Below are positions 31,887-40,333 of a DNA stretch of 64,000 nucleotides, in pieces. A program made the position numbers and the translations under genes. Under the pieces are notes generated by a model, which saw only the letters and a program-made list of their open reading frames with translations, was not told where the DNA came from and ran no database searches. The stretch is from a virus, in IMG/VR virus record IMGVR_UViG_2718218017_000006, positions 18,956 to 82,955 of that record; one strand, written 5' to 3'. Positions within the stretch are counted from its first letter, which is position 1, and each line of letters opens with the position of its first letter.

Positions 31887-32342
31887 ATGATAAATATTCA
31901 TGCAAGAGTTAAACACTTAATTCAAAAATACGGCACAAGAGATCCTGAAAAACTTGCAAGGGAATTAAAAATAACAATAATTAAAAGACCTTTTAAAAAA
32001 ACTATGGGATTTTTTAAAAAAGACTTAGGTAAAAAATTTGTAATAGTAAACTCAAATCTAGATGAATTCATACAAAGATTAGTATTAGCACACGAATTAG
32101 GACACGCCTTACTACATTCTAGTAATCAAACCTCATACATACATGAATACACACTCTTCCCTAGAGGTAGAGTTGAAATAGAAGCTAATAAATTCGCAGC
32201 AGAACTTTTAATTGATGAAGCTGAAATTGACAAATGCTATTTAGAAAACATGTGCACAAGCCAAGTCGCATCATATTTTGGAGTCCCTAAAAAACTAGTT
32301 GAATATAAATTTGATAAATATATAATACACAGGGAAGGATAG
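31887..32342 (+). CDS. immA: ImmA/IrrE metallopeptidase (anti-repressor)
   Basis: LAHELGHALLH, EIEANKFAAELLI. Confidence 0.9.
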   Translation: MINIHARVKHLIQKYGTRDPEKLARELKITIIKRPFKKTMGFFKKDLGKKFVIVNSNLDEFIQRLVLAHELGHALLHSSNQTSYIHEYTLFPRGRVEIEANKFAAELLIDEAEIDKCYLENMCTSQVASYFGVPKKLVEYKFDKYIIHREG

Positions 32343-32348
32343 ATTTAA

Positions 32349-33419
32349 ATGGAAATCAAAGAAAAAATACAAGCATTATCAGATAGAGCTGAAATGTTAG
32401 TAACTCAGATTAAAACAGAAGAGGCAACCAAGCAGTCATTAATATTACCATTTTTTCAAATGTTAGGATATGATGTATTCAATCCTCTTGAATTTTGTCC
32501 TGAATTTGACGCTGATTATGGTGTGAAAAAAGGGGAAAAAGTTGATTATGCAATTCTCATAAACGGAATTCCTACAATTCTTGTAGAGGCAAAAGACTGC
32601 AATGATAATCTTGATAAACATGGTTCTCAACTTTTTAGATATTATACCACATCATCAGCCAAATTCGGAATTTTAACTAATGGTATAAAATATAGATTTT
32701 ACGCAGATTTAGATGAACCAAATAAAATGGATGAAAAACCATTCTTTGAAATTAATTTATTTGATTTAAAAGATAGCTCCATTGAATACTTAAAACGATT
32801 TTCTAAAGATGAACTTGATGTAGATGCAATCATTAATTCTGCATCTGATTTAAAATATACAAGCCTTATAAAGGATTTTCTAAAAAAACAAATAGAGAAA
32901 CCATCCGAAGATTTTGCTAATTATATATTAGGAGAAATATATGAAGGCAGAAGAACATCTTCCATTATAGAAAAATTTATTCCCATAGTAAAAAAATCAC
33001 TTAACCAATTTATTAATGAAACTATGAGTGATAAATTTAGGGAAACATTGAAAGGAACAGATTCAGAAGTTACTAATACATCAAAAGAAGAGATTGCTGT
33101 TACAGAGGATGTTGCTGAAGATAAGCACAAAATTCTCACTACAGTAGAAGAACTCGAAGCATACGCAATAATAAAATCGATTCTCCGAAACAACGTTGAT
33201 TTATCACATATTACATACAAAGATACCGAATCATATTTTGGAATCTTATTTGATAATAATACAAGAAAATGGATTTGTAGATTATATATTAACGTAAAAA
33301 AAATACTGACATTACCTAATGAAGATAAAACTCATACAAAATATGAATTAAATTCTTTAGATGATTTATACTCATATTCAGATAAATTAATTGAGGTGTT
33401 AAATAGATATATTAATTAA
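32349..33419 (+). CDS. Type I restriction enzyme HsdR-N-like nuclease-domain protein
   Basis: VDYAI...VEAKD...QLFRYY...ILTNG. Confidence 0.8.
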   Translation: MEIKEKIQALSDRAEMLVTQIKTEEATKQSLILPFFQMLGYDVFNPLEFCPEFDADYGVKKGEKVDYAILINGIPTILVEAKDCNDNLDKHGSQLFRYYTTSSAKFGILTNGIKYRFYADLDEPNKMDEKPFFEINLFDLKDSSIEYLKRFSKDELDVDAIINSASDLKYTSLIKDFLKKQIEKPSEDFANYILGEIYEGRRTSSIIEKFIPIVKKSLNQFINETMSDKFRETLKGTDSEVTNTSKEEIAVTEDVAEDKHKILTTVEELEAYAIIKSILRNNVDLSHITYKDTESYFGILFDNNTRKWICRLYINVKKILTLPNEDKTHTKYELNSLDDLYSYSDKLIEVLNRYIN

Positions 33420-33440
33420 AATTAGAGATTCAGATAAATA

Positions 33441-33466
33441 AAGGAGCCTTTTATATGGCTCCTTTA
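33441..33466. terminator. Bidirectional intrinsic terminator
   Basis: AAAGGAGCC-N7-GGCTCCTTT between convergent genes. Confidence 0.75.
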
Positions 33467-33514
33467 ATCTTATAAATTATACAATATCCTTGTTCTTTAG
33501 TTATTCATGCCGTT

Positions 33515-34315
33515 TTAATACACCTTTTCAGAAGAAGTTTTGTCAAATGAAACCTTTGATTTAATGATGAAAATTAAAGATATAATAGCGACTACTAAAA
33601 CTATACCCTCTATTAAAAATATACTTTTGATCTTTCCTGCTTGATACAAAGCAGCAGGAAAATCAATTATAGCATGGATTATTATAGCATATAAAAGATA
33701 TATTTTCTTCCCTTTTTTAATTCCATATAACACCACAAGAGATAGAGCTATATGTAATGGCAGTACCAGCATTCTTTCTATACCTATAAACCCAAACATA
33801 TAATATGGAGTGTTCTCTAAGCTATTTTTTATTGATGCTAACATACTAACAGGAATCTTAGCACTAAGAACTTTTTCAAAAGTACCAGAGTTTATTAAAT
33901 TTGAATATACTATATTTTGTATACCTGCAACTCCACCTATTAATATAGCCTCTATTCCACCATGGCCTATACCATAGGCAATTCCATCTTTCCATTCTCT
34001 TTGATCTTTAAGTAAAAACTTAAAACCAATATATCTACCCACTTCTTCAAATATTCCTGCTGCAAGTCCTCCATAAATCATAAATAGCCATGGATTCTTT
34101 AATAATGCTACGGTGTTAGGGTTCTTTGTTAATACAAAATAATGTAATGCTTTTTCTAAAACCTGAGAAAATATTATAAATATTAATACTCCTATAAATA
34201 CACATTTTATTGATATTTTATACTTTTTATAAAAGTAAGCTACTAACACTAAAGGTAACCCAACTGAAATAATTAGAGATATAATTAAGAACATAATTGA
34301 TGTATTACTTACCAT
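33515..34315 (-). CDS. yhfC: YhfC-family intramembrane metalloprotease
   Basis: Multi-TM; AGIFEEVGRY, GIGHGGIE, IHAIIDF. Confidence 0.85.
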   Translation of the reverse strand: MVSNTSIMFLIISLIISVGLPLVLVAYFYKKYKISIKCVFIGVLIFIIFSQVLEKALHYFVLTKNPNTVALLKNPWLFMIYGGLAAGIFEEVGRYIGFKFLLKDQREWKDGIAYGIGHGGIEAILIGGVAGIQNIVYSNLINSGTFEKVLSAKIPVSMLASIKNSLENTPYYMFGFIGIERMLVLPLHIALSLVVLYGIKKGKKIYLLYAIIIHAIIDFPAALYQAGKIKSIFLIEGIVLVVAIISLIFIIKSKVSFDKTSSEKVY

Positions 34316-34395
34316 GAAATTCCTCCTTTCATATATAGAGATCTACTAATATTAATAAATTATACTCTATTTTTTACATTTTAAAAACTCATCCT

Positions 34396-35358
34396 TTATT
34401 GTGGTGGATTACATACTTTACAAGGTTCATAGCCTTCTGCTTTTGCTTCTGATAAGAATACAGCCGTAGAACTGTTTTTTATTGTTCTGCAACCAGCATT
34501 ATGGTACTTGTGACCTGTGGGTGTTATATATACTGTTGTTCCCTGATTATCTGACGAAGCACTTTGCTGTACAGTGCTTTGCTGTGTTGCAGAACTATTG
34601 CTTTGATCCGAACTACTATTTCCAGCACTACTGCTATCACTAATTTGACTGGTACTAGATGTGCTTGTCCCAATATCGCTTCCGGCACTGCTATTATTTA
34701 CTTGAGCTATGGTATCCCCCTTTGTAGTTCCATTTATATTTATTGCCCATAATCCCCTGCTGCTATCTCTAGCATTTGCACAGAAATTCTTAAAATATTC
34801 GGCATATTTTACATTAGGTTGTACAGTCATCTGCTGAGCATATCCATTGTAAGCTAATATAGCATTAAACATCTTATTTCTAATTTCATCATCCGTTATT
34901 TCATCATCCGTTATTTCAGTAGGCGGCTGAATCCATACATACCTTAAAAGTCTGCCATAAGTATCTGTATCCCCTGTATCTTTCTCAAGATATACGGTTT
35001 TTCCTACTAATTGTGACTTGGTATAGTTAGAGGCTTCTTCTCCATATTCTTCATGTTGTGTTGTACTTTCTGGAGTATTCACCCCTATTAATCTGACCTT
35101 TTGATATTGACCATCTTTTGTTGTTACTCCGATTGTATCTCCATCTATTCCTTTAGTTACACTAACTGTTTCTAATTGTATTGGAGATTTAGAAGTATCC
35201 GCAGTCGTGTTCTTGGTAGATGTAGTTTTAGATGCGCTTTGCTGTGTTGAGGTACTACTATTGGAGCTAGTTTTGGTATCATCCGAACATCCTGCTACTG
35301 AAGTTAAAAACGTAAAAATTACAATTACAAAAAGAAGTTTATTAACAAGTCTTTTCAT
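34396..35358 (-). CDS. Thermonuclease (SNase) lipoprotein with C-terminal Zn-binding domain
   Basis: Lipobox VAGC; DGDTI, VRLIGVNTPE, DTYGRLLRYVW; C-terminal TGHKYHNAGC...PCKVC. Confidence 0.9.
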   Translation of the reverse strand: MKRLVNKLLFVIVIFTFLTSVAGCSDDTKTSSNSSTSTQQSASKTTSTKNTTADTSKSPIQLETVSVTKGIDGDTIGVTTKDGQYQKVRLIGVNTPESTTQHEEYGEEASNYTKSQLVGKTVYLEKDTGDTDTYGRLLRYVWIQPPTEITDDEITDDEIRNKMFNAILAYNGYAQQMTVQPNVKYAEYFKNFCANARDSSRGLWAININGTTKGDTIAQVNNSSAGSDIGTSTSSTSQISDSSSAGNSSSDQSNSSATQQSTVQQSASSDNQGTTVYITPTGHKYHNAGCRTIKNSSTAVFLSEAKAEGYEPCKVCNPPQ

Positions 35359-35589
35359 TTTGATTTATCCCCCTTATTTTCCTTTAATAAACTTTCACAC
35401 TAGGTATTTCTACGTATATTTCTAAAATCCTCCTAAAAGTGATAAAAAATCTAATTATTTAGGACATAATATTTATACAAAAGATACATTATTAAACTAT
35501 AAGAATTTATAAAATTCTTATAAAAATCTATCAAACTTTCAAGAAATAAAACTTAATTTTCTTAAATTTTATTTCTTTTGTAAAATATA

Positions 35590-35618
35590 GCAGGAAAATT
35601 GAATATCTTGTAGAATTT
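35590..35618 (+). promoter_or_regulatory. Sigma-H-like promoter upstream of agrD
   Basis: GCAGGAAAA-11-GTAGAATTT matches RnAGGAwWW-N11-12-RnnGAATww. Confidence 0.6.
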
Positions 35619-35652
35619 ATACATTAAAACGTTTTAAGGAGGTATATGGCAA

Positions 35653-35796
35653 ATGAAATTCTCCAAAGAAAGGCTATTAAGGAAAAGTATGAAAATAGTA
35701 GGTTCGTTGTTTCTATTTCTAGCAACAATAGTTATAGTTCCAACATCAATAGGTGTTGGCCATCAGCCAAAATGTCCTGATGAATTTCTAAGATAA
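35653..35796 (+). CDS. agrD: AgrD-like cyclic autoinducing peptide precursor, 47 aa (absent from ORF track)
   Basis: MKFSKERLLRKSMKIVGSLFLFLATIVIVPTSIGVGHQPKCPDEFLR: basic/amphipathic leader and QPKxPxxLx tail; AAGGAGG RBS; upstream of GHKL kinase. Confidence 0.85.
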   Translation: MKFSKERLLRKSMKIVGSLFLFLATIVIVPTSIGVGHQPKCPDEFLR

Positions 35797-35902
35797 TCAA
35801 TTAATTTTTTATAAATGTTGTAGTTAAAATTTCTATAAAAACGTAAGAATATTAACCTACAGCATTTATAAAATATCTTAAAAAAACAAAGGAGGAATTC
35901 AT

Positions 35903-37219
35903 ATGTACTTGATTGCAAGAGAAATAATACTGGATATTATTGAAGCATTACTTCTTTTAGGAATTTTTCAAGCATTATATAATAAAAAGAAATTTATAAT
36001 ACAGCATAAGATTAGATCAGTATTATTTTGTATACTATATGTTTTTATAGCTTATTGTATTACATTCAATGTAACATTAACTTATCACTCTTTAATTCTT
36101 ATAATTTTATATATTTTATTACTTTCTTACATTACAAAAATAAGAATTTTTGATTCTACAATTATAGTTTGCTTGCTTTTTACAATAGTTTTCAGTACAG
36201 AATTTCTTATTGAAATAATTGAACTATTTATATTAAAAGTAAATTTAAATCAACTAGTTTCAAATTCTACATATTTATCGAGCATTATTTTAATTTCAAA
36301 GTTATTACAAATTTTTATTGTAGCAATGATTTTAAAATTTAACTCATATTTTACTAAACTTAAATTATTTGAAAAAGAAGGGGCTATTTTCGCCAACTTA
36401 ATAATTGAATTAGGTGTATTTTCTACATTCATATTTTGTGTTAACTTTGGTATTTTCCATATAAAAAATATCGAAACCTATAATATTATTATTTTTATAA
36501 TTTATTTTATATTTTTAGTGGCAAAATTCAGAAGCTTAAAAGAAAGACAGCTGGCCGTAAATATAAATATCAATTATAAAATCCAAGAGCAGCAAATTAA
36601 AAATATGGAGGAAATAATAAGTATCATAAGGCAAGAAAAACATGATTTTGCCAACCATATAAATGTTATACAAGGACTGTGTTTATTAAACAAGCCTGAT
36701 ACCGTAGAGAAGATAGATAGTTATGTACGAAAAATTTCAGGTACAATACATTCCTCTTTTAGGTATTTGGATACAGGAAATGATTACATAGATGGTATGT
36801 TATCCATAAAAAATAACTATGCAATGAAAAACAATATTGATTTTAAAGTTATAATTGATGAACCTTTCAGCTCAATAAAAATTAGAGAAGACGAATTGAT
36901 AAGTATTATGAGTAATCTTATAGACAATGCATTTGAAGCATTCACTAAATCAGATGTTGGAAATAAAGAAATATCCATCACCACTTTTAAGGAAGACACA
37001 AACTTTTGTATTGAGATAGCCGACAATGGGGATGTTATCCCTGAAAATATAATAGAAAAAATTTTCAATAGAGGTTTTTCTACAAAAGTTAAACAAAATG
37101 ATCTTCATGGATTCGGATTGTATATTATTAAACAATTAGTTGAAAAAAATAATGGGACTATATCCGTAGAAAGTATTCCAGGAAAAACTAAGTTTGTGAT
37201 AAAGTTTAGAATGGATTAA
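35903..37219 (+). CDS. agrC: AgrC/VirS-like membrane sensor histidine kinase
   Basis: Multi-TM N-terminus; RQEKHDFANH H-box; SNLIDNAFEA, DNG, GFSTK, GFGLYI. Confidence 0.9.
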   Translation: MYLIAREIILDIIEALLLLGIFQALYNKKKFIIQHKIRSVLFCILYVFIAYCITFNVTLTYHSLILIILYILLLSYITKIRIFDSTIIVCLLFTIVFSTEFLIEIIELFILKVNLNQLVSNSTYLSSIILISKLLQIFIVAMILKFNSYFTKLKLFEKEGAIFANLIIELGVFSTFIFCVNFGIFHIKNIETYNIIIFIIYFIFLVAKFRSLKERQLAVNININYKIQEQQIKNMEEIISIIRQEKHDFANHINVIQGLCLLNKPDTVEKIDSYVRKISGTIHSSFRYLDTGNDYIDGMLSIKNNYAMKNNIDFKVIIDEPFSSIKIREDELISIMSNLIDNAFEAFTKSDVGNKEISITTFKEDTNFCIEIADNGDVIPENIIEKIFNRGFSTKVKQNDLHGFGLYIIKQLVEKNNGTISVESIPGKTKFVIKFRMD

Positions 37220-37367
37220 ATAGATAAAGCTCTTACATAGAAAAGTAACTAAAATATGGTATAATATTTACCAAGAGAATAAAAATGTTTTTAGTTAGTC
37301 ACCTTCCGGAATTTATCTCTTACAAAGAGGTCGTTGCGGTTAATAGACAGCAGAGGAGGTGGCAAAT

Positions 37368-37547
37368 TTGAGTGAAACTATCATTGCATTAGGATTTATA
37401 TGTGTCACATCACTTGGCTTAACAGCTATGGTGATTATAGGAACATATTTAAAAGATAGACTTGAAATCAAAGGTAAGTCTTCAGTTCACAAGTTAACTG
37501 AAAATGAAATTTCTATAACTGCTGAAGATAAAAACTCAAAAAACTAA
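37368..37547 (+). CDS. Small single-TM protein, candidate type I toxin (likely TTG start)
   Basis: Hydrophobic N-half, charged tail; GGAGG 8 nt before TTG; own extended -10 at 37257. Confidence 0.5.
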   Translation: MSETIIALGFICVTSLGLTAMVIIGTYLKDRLEIKGKSSVHKLTENEISITAEDKNSKN

Positions 37548-37577
37548 AAATGCACCTTTCCTACAAAGTGCATTTTT
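37546..37577. terminator. Bidirectional hairpin
   Basis: AAAAATGCAC-N12-GTGCATTTTT. Confidence 0.7.
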
Positions 37578-37737
37578 AAACGCTAAAAATAGTTAACTTT
37601 AAAAACCGTAACGGCTTCTTTTAAATATATTATACCACAATTATATTAAATTTAAACTTGTTTAACCTTAATTTTAAAATCAAATTATAAGATGTTTATG
37701 TAGCTATAGTTAATCATTTTATCCTCTTTTAAGTAAT

Positions 37738-37899
37738 TTATTTAGTATTTTTAATATTTTCTCTCCTATCAAATTCAGAGATTAAATATCCAAGCTCCTC
37801 ATATGTCAGTTCTTCTGTCACTGCATCTGCAAGAAGTTCTGCATATCTTTTTTTCAGTTCTTCTTTATTCTTTGGAATTGAGATAATAACTGAATACAT
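37738..37899 (-). CDS. 53-aa protein divergent from integrase (candidate directionality factor or regulator)
   Basis: Manual translation MYSVIISIPKNKEELKKRYAELLADAVTEELTYEELGYLISEFDRRENIKNTK; AGGAG RBS. Confidence 0.7.
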   Translation of the reverse strand: MYSVIISIPKNKEELKKRYAELLADAVTEELTYEELGYLISEFDRRENIKNTK

Positions 37900-38012
37900 T
37901 CAAACAACTCCTGTATTAAAGACATATCCATCTTATGTTATGTTAGACTTACTAATATTGTTACTTCACACTAAATAATTTTAAGTTTGTAAAAAATGAT
38001 ATAATAAAATAA

Positions 38013-40016
38013 ATGCTACAAAGGGGGTTAAAAGTAATGCTAAAGGTAGCTATATACAGCAGAAAATCAAAGTTTACCGGCAAGGGGGATTCTGTAGAAA
38101 ATCAAATAGAAATGTGTAAACAGTATATTATAAATCATTTAGAGGGAGATGTTGATTTTTTAATTTATGAAGATGAAGGCTTTAGTGGCAGCACAATAAA
38201 CAGGCCTCAATTTAAAAAACTAATTCAAGACATAAAACTTAAAAAAATAAATTATTTAGTATGTTACAGATTGGATCGTATCAGCAGAAATGTATCTGAT
38301 TTTTCCTCTACTTTAGAATTATTGCAAAATTACAATGTAAGTTTTATAAGTATAAAGGAGCAGTTTGACACTTCTACACCTATGGGAAAGGCTATGATAT
38401 ATATTGCCAGTGTCTTTGCACAGTTAGAAAGAGAGACGATCGCAGAACGTGTAAAAGATAATATGCTTGAGTTAGCTAAGAATGGTAGATGGACCGGAGG
38501 GAAAATACCCTTAGGATTTACTTCTAAAAGAAAAAAATACAGAGATAAATCTGGTTTAGAAAGAGAATTTTCTATTCTTGAAATAAATAAGGAAGAAATG
38601 GACTTTGTTAAATTTTTATATGAAAAATATTTAGAAGTTGGTAGCCTCCATAAGTTAGAAGTATATATGACTGAAAATCAAATAAAATCAAAAAATAATA
38701 TTTTATTTGAAAAATCTACTTTAAAAATCATCCTCCAGAATCCTATATATGTAAAAGCTAATGCGGCAGTAATTGGATATTTGGAATCGAATGGATGGAA
38801 TATTTATGGTGAAGCAGATAATATTCATTCTCTACTCACATATAATAAAACTAGACAAGTAATAAGAAATGGTAAGCGTACTAAATCCCTAAATCCCGAA
38901 AGTGAACGCTTTGCTTCTGTAAGCAATATAACGGGAGCACTGGAGCCTGAACTATGGTTAAAGGTTCAAAATCAATTTGATAGAAATAAAGATACTTTCC
39001 CTAGATTAGGTAAAACCCATAATGCTTTATTAACTGGTAAATTAAAATGTGGCCGGTGTAAAGAATATATGTTAGTACAACATGGCAGAGTTTCTAAACT
39101 TACCGGAGAAAAACTCTTTTATTATGTATGCTCATTAAAACGAAAATCACACAAGAAATTTTGTGATAATAAAAATGCTAAAGCTGCAGAGCTTGAAAGT
39201 TTAGTATTGTTAAGTTTAAAAAAGCTAGGCAATGAACAAAAACAATTTATGGACAGATTGAAAGAAAATTATAATTCTAAATTAAAAGATGATAGCAAAA
39301 GCGAAAAAATGTTACTAGATAAAGCTTTAACCGAAAAGAAAAATCAAATCGACAATCTACTAAATATGCTTTCAAAAAGTAAGGATATAGAAGATGTAAT
39401 GATTGATAAAATTAAATCTATAAAAAATGAATGCATAGAAATCGAAAAGAGGCTAACTGTTCTTGATGATGAAAGTAAAAAGGATAAAGTAGAAAAAATC
39501 AACTTAGATCTAATAGAAAATATATTATGTGATTGTGCAGTAATAGATGAGCTCCCACGTGTCAAACAAAAGCAAATTATTAATACATTGATAGATGTTA
39601 TATACTGGTACGGAGACAAAAACAACAACGGAAAAGTATTTATAAAATTTATAGGCTCTGATAAAGATGATTTTGAAGAAATTGAATTGCCTGATATAGA
39701 TTTTTCCAATACTATGTTGCAGTTTTGTTCACCTAGCACATGCAGTATGAACAAAACTGCAACATATAGAAATGTATTTAAAGATATTGAAAACTCTACC
39801 TCTACAGTATATTATACACTTCCTGAAAGAACAATTGCACAAAAAATTTATAAATTAAGAATGATCAAAGGATATACCCAACGTGAATTTGCTAAAGTTT
39901 GTTCTATAGGCTATTCTTCTTTATGTAAATATGAAATAGGGAAATCAAAACCTAAGCGTGTTAATTTGGAGAAGATATGCCAAACTTTTAATATGTCTAT
40001 TGATTATTTTTTATAA
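38013..40016 (+). CDS. Large serine recombinase (integrase) with in-frame C-terminal XRE HTH
   Basis: AIYSRKS, YEDEGFSG, YRLDRISR, recombinase domain, CGRC Zn ribbon; C-terminal IYKLRMIKGYTQREFAK...KYEIG. Confidence 0.95.
   Translation: MLQRGLKVMLKVAIYSRKSKFTGKGDSVENQIEMCKQYIINHLEGDVDFLIYEDEGFSGSTINRPQFKKLIQDIKLKKINYLVCYRLDRISRNVSDFSSTLELLQNYNVSFISIKEQFDTSTPMGKAMIYIASVFAQLERETIAERVKDNMLELAKNGRWTGGKIPLGFTSKRKKYRDKSGLEREFSILEINKEEMDFVKFLYEKYLEVGSLHKLEVYMTENQIKSKNNILFEKSTLKIILQNPIYVKANAAVIGYLESNGWNIYGEADNIHSLLTYNKTRQVIRNGKRTKSLNPESERFASVSNITGALEPELWLKVQNQFDRNKDTFPRLGKTHNALLTGKLKCGRCKEYMLVQHGRVSKLTGEKLFYYVCSLKRKSHKKFCDNKNAKAAELESLVLLSLKKLGNEQKQFMDRLKENYNSKLKDDSKSEKMLLDKALTEKKNQIDNLLNMLSKSKDIEDVMIDKIKSIKNECIEIEKRLTVLDDESKKDKVEKINLDLIENILCDCAVIDELPRVKQKQIINTLIDVIYWYGDKNNNGKVFIKFIGSDKDDFEEIELPDIDFSNTMLQFCSPSTCSMNKTATYRNVFKDIENSTSTVYYTLPERTIAQKIYKLRMIKGYTQREFAKVCSIGYSSLCKYEIGKSKPKRVNLEKICQTFNMSIDYFL
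39713..39766. other. attP-like serine-integrase site inside the integrase ORF
   Basis: Perfect 19-bp inverted repeat TATGTTGCAGTTTTGTTCA/TGAACAAAACTGCAACATA around a GCA-CA-TGC core. Confidence 0.75.
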
Positions 40017-40138
40017 AGTGTAAAAGAAAGAAAGGGGTATTACTAAGCCCCTCTTCACCACATTGACCTTACTTTCCCCAGCAATTTCTCCCCTGTGTCT
40101 ATTATCTGGTATAATGGAATAAAAGGAGGCGTGGTTGC

Positions 40139-40333
40139 ATGGCAATGTCTAATAGAGAATTATTTGCTTTAATGTACAATAAAGTATTTGAAATTGCTAA
40201 TAACTATAAGTCTGATTGTATATATGATGAGAAAGTTAAGGAAGAAGTAGCAAGACAGTTCGGTAAGAAAAAACTGATTGGTTCTATCATACTTGGAAAA
40301 AGATTTGAGGGTTGTGGCTCTCTTTTGTTTTAA
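40139..40333 (+). CDS. Small hypothetical protein
   Basis: ORF track; AAGGAGG RBS and TGGTATAAT upstream. Confidence 0.55.
   Translation: MAMSNRELFALMYNKVFEIANNYKSDCIYDEKVKEEVARQFGKKKLIGSIILGKRFEGCGSLLF

Larger units (their letters stand above)
1..39739. mobile_element. Prophage A (myovirus-type, XkdK/XkdM tail), truncated at left window edge; right limit placed at att core inside integrase
   Basis: Canonical order integrase-immunity-replication-terminase-portal-head-tail; att-like inverted repeat centred at 39739/39740. Confidence 0.9.

Noticed and set aside
35646-35780. Alternative ATG at 35646 in a different frame over agrD
   Set aside because: Only 3 nt from the RBS and no recognisable product, whereas ATG 35653 gives the AgrD motif
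37359-37367. GTG start given by the ORF track for the small TM protein
   Set aside because: GTG overlaps the Shine-Dalgarno sequence; TTG at 37368 has proper spacing
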